Positions 20,636-29,518 of a stretch of 57,811 bases of DNA are shown piece after piece. How positions within the stretch are numbered: position 1 is the stretch's first letter; every line of letters begins with the position of its first letter. Position numbers and translations under genes: made by a program. The stretch comes from a virus (lineage: Duplodnaviria; Caudoviricetes), in the IMG/VR virus record IMGVR_UViG_3300044641_001974, positions 1-57,811 of that record; one strand, written 5' to 3'. The notes beneath the pieces were generated by a model that was not told where the DNA came from, did no database searches, and worked only from the letters and a program-made list of their open reading frames with translations.

Positions 20636-21730
20636 TTATACAGTCGTTATTTCAGTCCAGGTAGGGTTCTGGGAGTCATCTACCTGAGTCCAACTTGCGG
20701 GCTGGTCATCATTGATAGCAGCCCACGTAATCGTTTGGTTATCATCAATTGGCTCCCAAAATAGCCTTGCAGTAACTGAATCTGTCGCTGTTAACGATTC
20801 TATTACAGAGGCAACAAAAATACTAGAGGGAGTTGAAACTATCACAGCAGCCTTACCCGAATCGGTAAACCCAGCATAGAAGGTACTTCCTGCCGGGTCC
20901 ATTACGCCTGTTGCCGTAAGGGACTCATTTATGGCCGCAACAAAGTTCTGTAACGCTTCTACAAGATCGGAAGCTACCCCTGTTTCGCTGACATCAACAA
21001 AGTAAGCAAAAGCAGCGTCTAGGGCGTCTGCCCCAGCGGCGGACTCACTTACGGCGGTGGCAAATACCTGCCCAGCAAAAAGGTTGTCTGCTCCAGAAGC
21101 TGACTCACTTACAACGGTGGCAAAGTTCTGGGAAGCGGATACGGAATCCAAAGCTACTGAGGTTTCATTGACTGCAGTACCAAATACCTGGGTTGAGGAG
21201 ATAGCATCGGTAGCGGTAGCGGTTTCATTGACTGCCGAGGCAAAAGCTTGGGTAGCGGATACGGCATCCGACCCAGCGGCAATATCACTAAAGGAAGCAT
21301 TAAAGCTACTGCCAGCCACAAATTTGGATTCAGTAGCAACTGCACTTTCGTTGACAGCGGTAGCAAATGTTTGCAGTGCAGCAATATTGTCCGTGGCTAC
21401 GGCAGTCTCATTGACAGCGGTAGCAAACAACTGGGTAGCACTAAATGCGTCCGTTGTTGCACTTATTTCACTTACGGACACCTCAAACGAGCTTGCAGCC
21501 ACCAATACCGCATCAGAGCCAGCAGCAGACTCGCTTACGGCCGTACCAAAGGTTTGTGCTGCAGATACGGAATCCGTGGCCGTAGCGGTCTCCGCAACAG
21601 CTACCCCAAAGGTTTGTGCTGCAGATACGGCGTCTGATCCGGCGGCTATTTCATTGGCATCTCGGTAATATACCGACATGCCCCATCCGGCTTCGCCCCA
21701 GGTGCCTGAGCTCCAGCCGCCGTCTGGCAT
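20636..21730 (-). CDS. Repeat-rich fibrous structural protein, 364 aa
   Basis: About 14 tandem 20-21 aa repeats (DAVSAAQTFGxAVxExAxAT) with Trp-rich termini. Confidence 0.55.
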   Translation of the reverse strand: MPDGGWSSGTWGEAGWGMSVYYRDANEIAAGSDAVSAAQTFGVAVAETATATDSVSAAQTFGTAVSESAAGSDAVLVAASSFEVSVSEISATTDAFSATQLFATAVNETAVATDNIAALQTFATAVNESAVATESKFVAGSSFNASFSDIAAGSDAVSATQAFASAVNETATATDAISSTQVFGTAVNETSVALDSVSASQNFATVVSESASGADNLFAGQVFATAVSESAAGADALDAAFAYFVDVSETGVASDLVEALQNFVAAINESLTATGVMDPAGSTFYAGFTDSGKAAVIVSTPSSIFVASVIESLTATDSVTARLFWEPIDDNQTITWAAINDDQPASWTQVDDSQNPTWTEITTV

Positions 21731-21732
21731 AT

Positions 21733-21900
21733 TTAGCCCGCTACGAGCTGATCTTGCTCAAACCAACGCTGTTGGGTTGTTTCCCCGTCATTCCACTCAA
21801 CTAAGTAAGACACTACGCCATCTTCCGACATGCGTAGGGCAATTACTGGGCCTTCTGGAACAACTGCTTTTACCTTTACAACTTCGCCTTTTTTAAACAT
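21733..21900 (-). CDS. Small hypothetical protein (SH3-like), about 55 aa
   Basis: MFKKGEVVKV...YLVEW...RWFEQDQL; start moved to the ATG at 21900. Confidence 0.5.
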   Translation of the reverse strand: MFKKGEVVKVKAVVPEGPVIALRMSEDGVVSYLVEWNDGETTQQRWFEQDQLVAG

Positions 21901-21910
21901 ATTCGTGTCC

Positions 21911-22489
21911 TTACGCATCCAAACTAAACGTATATGTTACGTTTAGAACATCACCAGAAGCTACTGTGCGGTCTCCAGGAGCTGCAAAATCAGAAGCTGA
22001 GAACAATACACCGGTAAAACCACCCTTGGTGTTATTGCTGATTAAAAACGCACCGCCTACAGTCGAGGTAGCGTTGATATTAAACGCTGCTGGAGAGGCA
22101 GAATTACTGATAACAGAAGGGTCAGCCGTAGTCGCTGTGCCAAAGGTACAAGCAGGGCGGGTAGCGTTGCTGTAAGGAACAATCTCGGTAAAGCCAGCAT
22201 GGACTGCTGCAGTATCGCCAGCAACTGGGTTATTAGACGCAGCAGCGCCGTATAAACCAATGAACCAAGCAGCGGTGTAGGTCACGCCAGTAAAATACTT
22301 GGTATTCATATCTTGTAAACCTTCGTTTACAACCAAATTAGAGGGCTCTAGCACCCACTTGACATTACCTTGAGCGTCTACACACTCAATCTTATATTTA
22401 CCCGTAGCACGGGCAGAATCACCAGATTTCATCGCCTTGGTTAAGGTGCTAGAAACCTTGTCCTCAACGCTTAATTTTTCAACTTGCAT
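21911..22489 (-). CDS. Virion structural protein, 192 aa
   Basis: NLVVNEG...WFIGL...GDVLNVTYTF motifs typical of phage tail proteins. Confidence 0.55.
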   Translation of the reverse strand: MQVEKLSVEDKVSSTLTKAMKSGDSARATGKYKIECVDAQGNVKWVLEPSNLVVNEGLQDMNTKYFTGVTYTAAWFIGLYGAAASNNPVAGDTAAVHAGFTEIVPYSNATRPACTFGTATTADPSVISNSASPAAFNINATSTVGGAFLISNNTKGGFTGVLFSASDFAAPGDRTVASGDVLNVTYTFSLDA

Positions 22490-22499
22490 TTTTAGCTCC

Positions 22500-22922
22500 T
22501 TAAGTAATGCGAATTATTGCTTCGTTTGCGGTATTTGGGGGCATTGTAATGTTAAACACATCTAGTGCTCCCGCAGTCTGATCCGTACCAAAATTGTATA
22601 CGGCAACTGATTTATTGCCTTTACTGCTATTGTATATCAGGGCTCCTCGAGCAGTAAAGGTAACACTGGTCCAGGTTAAGTTATTAAAAGTCACATAAGC
22701 GATTCCACTTCCTGTGCTCAGGATAGTACCTGTTAAAACCTGCCCTCCAGCAACGTAGGTGCCTTGAGGGGTAACTTCTCCTAAAGCCGTATAAACAAGC
22801 GTATTAGGCCCTAGAGTAGCGGAGGAAGTGTAGAGCGCAATCTTAAAGGTGTCCGTTAAAAAATTATGGACGCCTTCTAGAATTTCCCGCTTAAAAGAGG
22901 TGGTTAGGGTTTGTGTCAACAT
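22500..22922 (-). CDS. Virion structural protein, 140 aa
   Basis: TSFKREILEGVHNF...FKIALYT...ARGALIYN motifs. Confidence 0.55.
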   Translation of the reverse strand: MLTQTLTTSFKREILEGVHNFLTDTFKIALYTSSATLGPNTLVYTALGEVTPQGTYVAGGQVLTGTILSTGSGIAYVTFNNLTWTSVTFTARGALIYNSSKGNKSVAVYNFGTDQTAGALDVFNITMPPNTANEAIIRIT

Positions 22923-22923
22923 T

Positions 22924-23577
22924 CTAGGTCACCGGAACCCTAACTTGACCAGAGCGGTAAGCATCTTGACGCTCAAGGCCATCACCAAGGCGTTTAGCCT
23001 GTCCAAGGGCTTCAGCGTACTTTTGCTCTACGTTAGCAATCAGGTCAGGCTCGCCTTTCATAAACAAATAAGCCTCACGCAACGAGCCATAAAGCAATAC
23101 TGGGTCAAAATTGTCGCCCAACCAAGAAGTGCCAGCATCCACAATTGACTGTGGGTAAAAGAAATAGTGCAGCTCAGCCAAATAGCCACTATTCGGGGTT
23201 GGCCCAAGGATTAAGCTAAGCTCGTTCGGAAAAGTAAGCTGTGACCCAAAAATAGCGTAAACCTTGGGGACGCCGGTAGTGTTGGGGTTTGGGTAGGCTT
23301 CCCGAATGTAATTCACGTCTTTGTTAATCAGATAGTAGTACTCTCCGCTAACTACGATAGCCAAGGAATAGACTGATAAAAAGTCGCTTGGGGTAGATAG
23401 ATACTTATTACCATTAGTCAGGTTTCCCGTTACGTTCTTGCGTAAGGAAGGGAACTGAACGGTGTTATATATGCGCTTTTCTGCTTGCTTTACAAAAACA
23501 GGGATATTGTCGTCAAACGTCTGTTCGAAGTTTTCGGTGTAATCCTTAATTGCTTGTTTTAGTTCTAAGTAGTTCAT
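22924..23577 (-). CDS. Head-tail adaptor / tail tubular protein A-like, 217 aa
   Basis: MNYLELKQAIKDY...AEKRI...LLYGSLREAY...DAYRSG pattern; position. Confidence 0.6.
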   Translation of the reverse strand: MNYLELKQAIKDYTENFEQTFDDNIPVFVKQAEKRIYNTVQFPSLRKNVTGNLTNGNKYLSTPSDFLSVYSLAIVVSGEYYYLINKDVNYIREAYPNPNTTGVPKVYAIFGSQLTFPNELSLILGPTPNSGYLAELHYFFYPQSIVDAGTSWLGDNFDPVLLYGSLREAYLFMKGEPDLIANVEQKYAEALGQAKRLGDGLERQDAYRSGQVRVPVT

Positions 23578-23903
23578 AATCCCGTTGCTTTCATATTGCC
23601 TGCATAAGTTACTGCAATGGTCGGATTAGAAATAGGTACAGGAACCATGCCGTTAGACCCGATAGCGCTGTCTCCAATAACCCCAATGTATACGTTAAAC
23701 GTATCGTCAGGAATTGGGCGAGGTTCTTGCAATGCAATAGCATCTGAAACATTACGGCGTGGCTCCAACTGAGGATGCTTTGATTCATAGCAATATTGGC
23801 ATGTTTTAAGTCCTTGCCATTCTTTTCGCAAGGCGTTAAGGAAGAATCGTTGTCCGCAACGATCACAGGCACCCCAGGCAAGTCTTCCTTGTGCATAAGC
23901 CAT
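23574..23903 (-). CDS. Zn-ribbon protein (CDRCG...CxxC...KHPQLEP)
   Basis: Two CxxC pairs; located in the head-tail cluster. Confidence 0.55.
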   Translation of the reverse strand: MAYAQGRLAWGACDRCGQRFFLNALRKEWQGLKTCQYCYESKHPQLEPRRNVSDAIALQEPRPIPDDTFNVYIGVIGDSAIGSNGMVPVPISNPTIAVTYAGNMKATGL

Positions 23904-23904
23904 T

Positions 23905-24588
23905 TTAGTAGTTTAGACGTGTGTCAGGAACAGCATAATAACTAGCACTATCCCTGTCAAACTCAGAAATCCGTTTAAAATCCTCTTCGTAGATTTGCTT
24001 AAGAAGAACCATACGATCAGGGGCTTTTTTCATTGAAACATAATAAGCCAGCCCTGAAACTAGGCATGGCAAAAACTTAAAGTTTACGTCTGCAGTATTG
24101 GTAAAACCACCTGCATCTTGAATCCTACGAATAGCGTAGTACACAAAAGTATAGGGTTGTGAATCATCAGGGCAAGGAAAAAAGTATGCCTTTGGCTGAT
24201 TAGTATGCTGATAATAAAACTGCGCTGGACGACCTAGAGTGCCTGATTTATTAGGAGTATGCAACCACTCTGCTTGGCTAAAACGATTGAGGGTAATATC
24301 AATGTTTTGTCCAGGACTTTGGGGAGAACGAACCACCGCAGACAACACATCTACTGTATCCGTGGGTAGATTGTATTCGAATACGTTGGCGGTTAAAGCC
24401 TGTGATCGTTCTTGTATAGTCCATAAATTTAAGCCACGACTTGCCCAATCCAAAAACAGCAAGTTCAGCGAGCGCCTTGCTGTTCTTAGATCGTAACCTG
24501 TGCGAGACTCGATACCGCAGCGTTCGTACGCTTCGGTAATCAGCTCCTCAATGTCCAGGTCAAAGGTAGTTGTACCTGACGTGGCCAT
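23905..24588 (-). CDS. Head-tail connector protein (P22 gp4-like), 227 aa
   Basis: MATSGTTTF...EAYERCG...GYDLRTARRSLNLL...WASRGLNLWT; position. Confidence 0.6.
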   Translation of the reverse strand: MATSGTTTFDLDIEELITEAYERCGIESRTGYDLRTARRSLNLLFLDWASRGLNLWTIQERSQALTANVFEYNLPTDTVDVLSAVVRSPQSPGQNIDITLNRFSQAEWLHTPNKSGTLGRPAQFYYQHTNQPKAYFFPCPDDSQPYTFVYYAIRRIQDAGGFTNTADVNFKFLPCLVSGLAYYVSMKKAPDRMVLLKQIYEEDFKRISEFDRDSASYYAVPDTRLNY

Positions 24589-24594
24589 TAGTTA

Positions 24595-24771
24595 TCAGAA
24601 GCTGGTAGGTTGAGGAATACGTTTGTCTTTTGGTGTATCTACTGTGCCGCACACTTTTTGATTTTCAAAGTTTACGTCTACTTTTTCAGGCTTTTTAGCC
24701 TGCTCGGTAGTCTCAGAGAATACTGCACCAAAACCTTTAATTGCTGCACCTACGCCACGTTTTTTCATCAT
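24595..24771 (-). CDS. Small basic hypothetical protein, 58 aa (not in ORF track)
   Basis: Read by hand: MMKKRGVGAAIKGFG...; preceded by an AAGGAG RBS. Confidence 0.55.
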   Translation of the reverse strand: MMKKRGVGAAIKGFGAVFSETTEQAKKPEKVDVNFENQKVCGTVDTPKDKRIPQPTSF

Positions 24772-24778
24772 TTACTCC

Positions 24779-25108
24779 TTATTTGCAACTACGTTTAGCC
24801 ATGCCGCCCATTTTTTTGTGGGCTACCTTTGCTGGCTTGCTTGCATGAGCAGCCAATTTTTTATCTTGCATCTTGTCGTAAGCAGAAGGCTTTACGTCTC
24901 CGCCTTTTTTATACGCAGATTGTGGTGCAATCATAGGCAAGTTTTTAGCCATTTTGCCGGGCAACAAAGCACGACCTTGGCGGTCAGCTTTTGCACCAGC
25001 AGAGGCTTTAGTTGCAGATTTTTTCATCTCGCCTCCTTTAGCGGCTTTGATTGGTTTGCCCATAGCCATAAGCTTGTGGCGGTTTGTGTTGCTTGCGTTA
25101 TAGTCCAT
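24779..25108 (-). CDS. Lys/Ala-rich basic protein with repeated xxKGG motifs
   Basis: AAKGG, YKKGG, KKMGG; highly basic. Confidence 0.55.
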   Translation of the reverse strand: MDYNASNTNRHKLMAMGKPIKAAKGGEMKKSATKASAGAKADRQGRALLPGKMAKNLPMIAPQSAYKKGGDVKPSAYDKMQDKKLAAHASKPAKVAHKKMGGMAKRSCK

Positions 25109-25462
25109 TTATCTTCCTCTCGCTGAACGTTTAGCTATTTTAGCTGTTTTAGCCGAATTAATAAACGCCTGTTTGGTAGGCGCACCTTTTGCTCCAACTG
25201 GTCTTATTTTTTCGCCAGAACCCGCAGCGATCCTGCGTTTTTTAGCTGCGATATTGGCATACAAGCCGGGTTTTGTTGCCATAACTTTACCTCCACTTTT
25301 GTAATTATCAGGTACGTCTTGTTGACTCTTTCCACGAACCTTATCCAATACTTCTTTAAATCCTGGATCAACTTTGTTTTTATTTACCTTGTCTGTTGCA
25401 TTAGGGTTTTGTTTAGCAGGAGTTGCAGGAACAGAAGGGGTGGGGTTTACACGTTTTACCAT
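25109..25462 (-). CDS. Basic hypothetical protein
   Basis: YKSGGKV followed by a KPGLYANIAAKKRRI...GAPT module. Confidence 0.55.
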   Translation of the reverse strand: MVKRVNPTPSVPATPAKQNPNATDKVNKNKVDPGFKEVLDKVRGKSQQDVPDNYKSGGKVMATKPGLYANIAAKKRRIAAGSGEKIRPVGAKGAPTKQAFINSAKTAKIAKRSARGR

Positions 25463-25699
25463 TTATTTTCCCCAATGGCCCATAATAAAGCCAATAACTC
25501 CTGTTGCAGCACTAACTGCTCCACCTGCCCAAATCAAGGCTTTCCAGCCTCCTTTTGCTTCAGACAATGTTTTTTGGATTATTTGAATCGACTTTTTAAT
25601 TTCGTCCATGTCTCCAACAAGTTTGTCCATATCCGCTTGAAGATGTTTAATATCGTTTGCATGTGTCGCTAACTCCCTAGCTGTTTGTATTTCTTCCAT
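25463..25699 (-). CDS. Coiled-coil protein with C-terminal transmembrane helix, about 78 aa
   Basis: Start at the ATG at 25699, coupled to the upstream stop; GGWKALIWAGGAVSAATGVIGFI. Confidence 0.5.
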   Translation of the reverse strand: MEEIQTARELATHANDIKHLQADMDKLVGDMDEIKKSIQIIQKTLSEAKGGWKALIWAGGAVSAATGVIGFIMGHWGK

Positions 25700-25959
25700 T
25701 ATGCGCAGTTCCATCGTTTTAATGAAGCTTTTGCACGCTCTGCAGGACCCTTAGCTTTCGCTACTACTCCTGACATTCTGGCACAGAACGATTTTTTACG
25801 GCCTGCGTCCGCTTTTGTTTTTGGGTTTGGTGCAGGGGCTTTTAATTTACTACCTGTTGCCTTGTTGTACTTGGCTCTTCCCTTGGCAGTAAGTCCAGCT
25901 CCCTGTTTTACAGGGAGCTTTTCTCCCCGCCCAATAGCAAGGGAAGGGTTCTTAGCCAT
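25699..25959 (-). CDS. Conserved basic phage protein (RKKSFCARM family)
   Basis: GAGLTAKGRAKYN...RKKSFCARMSG...SLKRWNC. Confidence 0.6.
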   Translation of the reverse strand: MAKNPSLAIGRGEKLPVKQGAGLTAKGRAKYNKATGSKLKAPAPNPKTKADAGRKKSFCARMSGVVAKAKGPAERAKASLKRWNCA

Positions 25960-26236
25960 AAAACACCGTAACGGTCATATTAGCAGGGGTGGTTGCATAA
26001 ATACCATTAGTGCAACGAATACCATCGCCAGGGATGCTTATGTTAAGGGATTGAGCTGCTGCGGGAGCTACAAAACTAAAAACTGTGGTACCAGCTGAGC
26101 CATTTTTAAGGGTTAAAGTGCCACCAGCAGCAGGAACACCTACTACCATTCCTTTAATCCTAGCAGGACCAGCAAAAACAGCAGCATCAGTTTGCCCTGC
26201 AGCAATTGCGGTTGATAAGACGTCATATTGAAGCAT
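25952..26236 (-). CDS. Small beta-rich virion protein, 94 aa
   Basis: GPARIKG...IPGDGIRC...VTVFYG. Confidence 0.5.
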   Translation of the reverse strand: MLQYDVLSTAIAAGQTDAAVFAGPARIKGMVVGVPAAGGTLTLKNGSAGTTVFSFVAPAAAQSLNISIPGDGIRCTNGIYATTPANMTVTVFYG

Positions 26237-26238
26237 AA

Positions 26239-26409
26239 TTAATCCTTTTCGTGTTCTGCTGGTGGCTCTTGCCGATCTATTTCAGTTAACAAAACGTCCA
26301 CCATTGCAATTGCTCCATTAGCCTGTTGGATAAGTTCTAAGTACTTTTGCCGTTGCTCAAGTGCCTGGTTTCTTAAATCCAACAGGTATGCTTTATCTAA
26401 CGCAGCCAT
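26239..26409 (-). CDS. Small coiled-coil protein, 56 aa (not in ORF track)
   Basis: Read by hand: MAALDKAYLLDLRNQALEQRQKYLELIQQANGAIAMVDVLL...; coupled to the upstream stop. Confidence 0.55.
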   Translation of the reverse strand: MAALDKAYLLDLRNQALEQRQKYLELIQQANGAIAMVDVLLTEIDRQEPPAEHEKD

Positions 26410-26981
26410 TAGGCATTAAAGTTAGCAGCAGTAGCGGCAAGCAGGTAATAATCACTACCAGCAATTTTTACACGCAGTCCATGGGTAATCTCATTAACGT
26501 TGGTAATAGTGCCAGTAGCGGCTAATTTAGCACCAGCAACAGTTACGCCAGCAAGGTTTAACAAGTAACCGTTGGTATCAACAGTTGCCTTGCCTGTACC
26601 GTTAACAGAAGCGTAAATTAAAGAAGTGTTTGTGCCAGTAGATGCTCCAGTAGCACAATTAAGTTCAATTTCAACAGGAGCATAAGTACCTGAAGAAGTA
26701 CCTGCTGAAAGGGTTAATTCAGCCACAAAAGCTGAGCCTAAACCAGAGGTAGAACCAGTAGCACCATAAACAACGTTTGCTTTTAACGCATTTGAGAACG
26801 AACCCAAAGCGGCATCAGCGTTTAATTGGAAAAGAGTACGTCCGCCAACACCACCTGCACCAGTCATTGTGACTTCGGTTGTGCTTGCGTTAAAGGTAGA
26901 TGAGCCGGTAGAAGTATCGGTAATGGTAGTGATAAAACCGTTAGCTGAGGCCACTGGCCCTGTAAATGAGGTACGTGCCAT
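26409..26981 (-). CDS. Probable capsid decoration/fibre protein, 190 aa
   Basis: MARTSFTGPVASANGF start, typical of the gene after gpT-type capsid genes; G/T/A-rich. Confidence 0.5.
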   Translation of the reverse strand: MARTSFTGPVASANGFITTITDTSTGSSTFNASTTEVTMTGAGGVGGRTLFQLNADAALGSFSNALKANVVYGATGSTSGLGSAFVAELTLSAGTSSGTYAPVEIELNCATGASTGTNTSLIYASVNGTGKATVDTNGYLLNLAGVTVAGAKLAATGTITNVNEITHGLRVKIAGSDYYLLAATAANFNA

Positions 26982-26998
26982 GGTATAACTCCTTGTAT

Positions 26999-27066
26999 AT
27001 GCAGTACATTTTCCTGTAGTCTCTGCATCGTCTGCTGGGCCAGTCTACAGGAATAAAAAATCCCAG
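26999..27066 (-). ncRNA. Candidate structured RNA, possibly the Mu-gpT-DE motif
   Basis: 9-bp stem 27011-27019/27045-27053 enclosing ACTGGCCCAGCAGACGATGCAGAGA; possible pseudoknots CTGGG/CCCAG and ATGCAG/CTGCAT; lies downstream of a gpT-type capsid gene. Family assignment is from memory only. Confidence 0.5.
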
Positions 27067-27077
27067 TTCCTGGTGTA

Positions 27078-27106
27078 TTTATACCCCTAAATTCATTTGG
27101 TTGCAA
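27078..27106 (-). promoter_or_regulatory. Sigma70-like promoter TTGCAA-N17-TATAAA
   Basis: Read directly on the minus strand just upstream of the candidate RNA. Confidence 0.5.
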
Positions 27107-27146
27107 CAGTTTTTTAGATAAAATGGGTTATCCCCGGAGGCGAATC

Positions 27147-27632
27147 ATGAAATTTACCATTAAGAAGGTTGATTTACGCAATGAGTCTAATAAGACCGTA
27201 ATTCTTTACCTTCAGAAAAAAATACTGCCTTCGGATGCTCCTTACAAACCAACTCACGGGCATTGGTGGTTAGCTTACACAGAAGAAGGCAAACCAGTAG
27301 CATTTGCTGGGCTAGTAAGATCACAACGATTTACAGACACAGGTTACCTTTGTCGTGCAGGGGTTTTAGATGAGTACACAGGGCACCGTTTGCAAAGACG
27401 TTTAATTAATGTAAGAATCCGTAAGGCCAAGGAATTAGGCTGGAATTGGATTATTACAGATACAACCGATAACCCTGCTTCATCTAACTCGTTAATTAAT
27501 GCTGGCTTTAAAATTTATACCCCTAGTACCCCGTGGTCGTTTAAGCACGCAATCTATTGGAAATACAGGGTAGACCAGAGCGATGCCTTACAAAGACCCA
27601 AACGATCCAAGAAAAAAGCAGGCGTTGCGTAG
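27147..27632 (+). CDS. GNAT-family acetyltransferase
   Basis: GYLCRAGVLDEYTGHRLQRRL acetyl-CoA motif A and NPASSNSLINAGF motif B; GGAGG RBS before the ATG at 27147. Confidence 0.75.
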   Translation: MKFTIKKVDLRNESNKTVILYLQKKILPSDAPYKPTHGHWWLAYTEEGKPVAFAGLVRSQRFTDTGYLCRAGVLDEYTGHRLQRRLINVRIRKAKELGWNWIITDTTDNPASSNSLINAGFKIYTPSTPWSFKHAIYWKYRVDQSDALQRPKRSKKKAGVA

Positions 27633-27966
27633 GGGTTCTGCCAATCATTACAAGAAAAACAAATTAAAAGTACTTATTGCTACCTATAAAAGAAAAAAAG
27701 AAGAAAGAGAAAAATGGGTTGCATTTAAAGCCAGCTTGAAATGCAGTTATTGTGACCAAAACCATCCTGCTGCGCTAGACTTTCATCACGAAGACCCCAA
27801 GCAAAAAGACCGGGAAGTCAGCTATTACGTCAAAAACTATCAATACACTAGGGCGATGGAAGAAGTTAAAAAATGCCTTGTCCTATGTGCTAATTGCCAT
27901 AGAATTTTGCACTTTAACGAAATTTCTAAAAGACAAAAGAAAAAGCCCCACCGAAGTGGGGCCTAA
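27583..27966 (+). CDS. HNH endonuclease
   Basis: CSYC...LDFHH...KCLVLCANCHRILH. Confidence 0.85.
   Translation: MPYKDPNDPRKKQALRRGSANHYKKNKLKVLIATYKRKKEEREKWVAFKASLKCSYCDQNHPAALDFHHEDPKQKDREVSYYVKNYQYTRAMEEVKKCLVLCANCHRILHFNEISKRQKKKPHRSGA
27936..27962 (-). terminator. Rho-independent terminator after the major capsid gene
   Basis: GCCCCAC-TTCG-GTGGGGC followed by TTTTTCTTTT on the minus strand. Confidence 0.85.
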
Positions 27967-27983
27967 CCTCACGTGAACAAGGT

Positions 27984-28895
27984 TTAGGTTGCGCCAGGTG
28001 ATCCGTAGATACCACGTGGATCAGACCAGCCGAAGCTGTAACGCTCACGAGCCTTGTAACGTACGTTGCCGGTGTCGAAGTCGCCTTCGAAAGCTGTACG
28101 GATTGGGGCACGTTGGAACATCTTGAGTCCATTTGGAGCGTCGGTTAACAAGAACCATGCCGATACGTCGGTTAGGTAATGGTTAACAACGAATCCATCA
28201 GGAATTAGACCCATAGACTTGATAGCGTTGATGTCGTTATCAGCCGTAGCAGTACGGAGAGTAGACTTCATTAAACGCTCTGCTGTGAACTGGAGTTCTT
28301 TTGGAACTACCAACTTCTTAGCAATCAAGGCAATCTTCAAACCACGCTCGTCTGTGAAACCAGCGATGTCGATGATACCTTGCTCAAGGGAGGTCTCATT
28401 CAAATCAGCAGGAGTCGTAGGACGGTTGCTGAAGTTTGGACCAAGAGCGGTTGGGTGGTTTGTTGCGCACAACTGTACGCCGTCGCCACCTGGATAGTTG
28501 CTGTCAAAGGCGTTGTTCAATACGGACGCACCAAATACCTGCTTGGTGTGAGCCATTGAACGAGCCAAAGCCTTGGTATAACGGCTTGCCAAACGGTCGT
28601 AGAGGTTGTCCTCGATTGCCTCTTCGGTAATCGAGAATGCCAATGCGATAGTCTGGTGGGTATAGCGAGCGGTAAATGACTCTTGTGCAGAATCATAGTT
28701 AACGCCAGCACCTTCAGCCTTAACTGGGGCTTGACCGAAGCCAGTTAACATAACTTCTTCTTCGAACGCACGCTCAGAATCTTCAATTTCGAAGATATCT
28801 TCGTGTTCGTTCTCATAGCGCTTGTACTCGAGACCGAATAAAGCGTTAAGACCTGGTTCTAGTTCTTTAACTAGTTGTGAACGAGTGATAGCCAT
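27984..28895 (-). CDS. Major capsid protein (Mu gpT-like family)
   Basis: MAITRSQLVKELEPGLNALFG...DFDTGNVRYKARERYSFGWSDPRG; strong terminator downstream. Confidence 0.85.
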   Translation of the reverse strand: MAITRSQLVKELEPGLNALFGLEYKRYENEHEDIFEIEDSERAFEEEVMLTGFGQAPVKAEGAGVNYDSAQESFTARYTHQTIALAFSITEEAIEDNLYDRLASRYTKALARSMAHTKQVFGASVLNNAFDSNYPGGDGVQLCATNHPTALGPNFSNRPTTPADLNETSLEQGIIDIAGFTDERGLKIALIAKKLVVPKELQFTAERLMKSTLRTATADNDINAIKSMGLIPDGFVVNHYLTDVSAWFLLTDAPNGLKMFQRAPIRTAFEGDFDTGNVRYKARERYSFGWSDPRGIYGSPGAT

Positions 28896-28897
28896 GA

Positions 28898-29494
28898 TTA
28901 ACTAACTCCTGCTGTTGGTGCTTTATACAGATGCTCATTGATCGTAACGATCAAGTCAGCGTATGCAGCGGTTAAGTCATCGTTGCTAGGATCAGTGGTA
29001 ACACCAATAACTTTGACATTTAATGCCGAAGCAGGGTCCAAAGTACCAGTGCTGAGTTCTAATCCAGAAACGCCCGTTGTGGTATTGCCTGCTACTGTCT
29101 GTACTAAGTCAGCGTTTTTGCCGATAGCTGTTACGCCAGCGACACCAGAAGCCTGAACCAAGAACTGAGCATAAGGGTCATCCACAATGAAAGCTACGAT
29201 ATCCGAAGCAGCGATGCCACCTGGATAGTAGTTACGCCATACAGGCTTTTTGCTTGTAGGGTCGGTGTAGTTACATCCAAGGAAAACACCAAGAATGTTA
29301 GCTGCACCAGGGGTGTGTTTTACGATGAAACCGGTAGAAGCACTACCAGAAACACCGAAAGTTACGGTATCGCCCTGAAAGATTGCTGTAGCCGTACCAC
29401 TAGCGATTTTGTACTGTGTATCACCATCGCTGTTGTAGTTACTGCCTAGTTTTCCTAGAGGACGAAGACCAAAGGCTTTATTTACGTTTGCCAT
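28898..29494 (-). CDS. Capsid-associated (cement/decoration) protein
   Basis: MANVNKAFGLRP...IFQGD...GVFLGC...DDP; directly upstream of the capsid gene. Confidence 0.6.
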   Translation of the reverse strand: MANVNKAFGLRPLGKLGSNYNSDGDTQYKIASGTATAIFQGDTVTFGVSGSASTGFIVKHTPGAANILGVFLGCNYTDPTSKKPVWRNYYPGGIAASDIVAFIVDDPYAQFLVQASGVAGVTAIGKNADLVQTVAGNTTTGVSGLELSTGTLDPASALNVKVIGVTTDPSNDDLTAAYADLIVTINEHLYKAPTAGVS

Positions 29495-29518
29495 TTGTTT
29501 TCTCCAAAATTAAATTAA

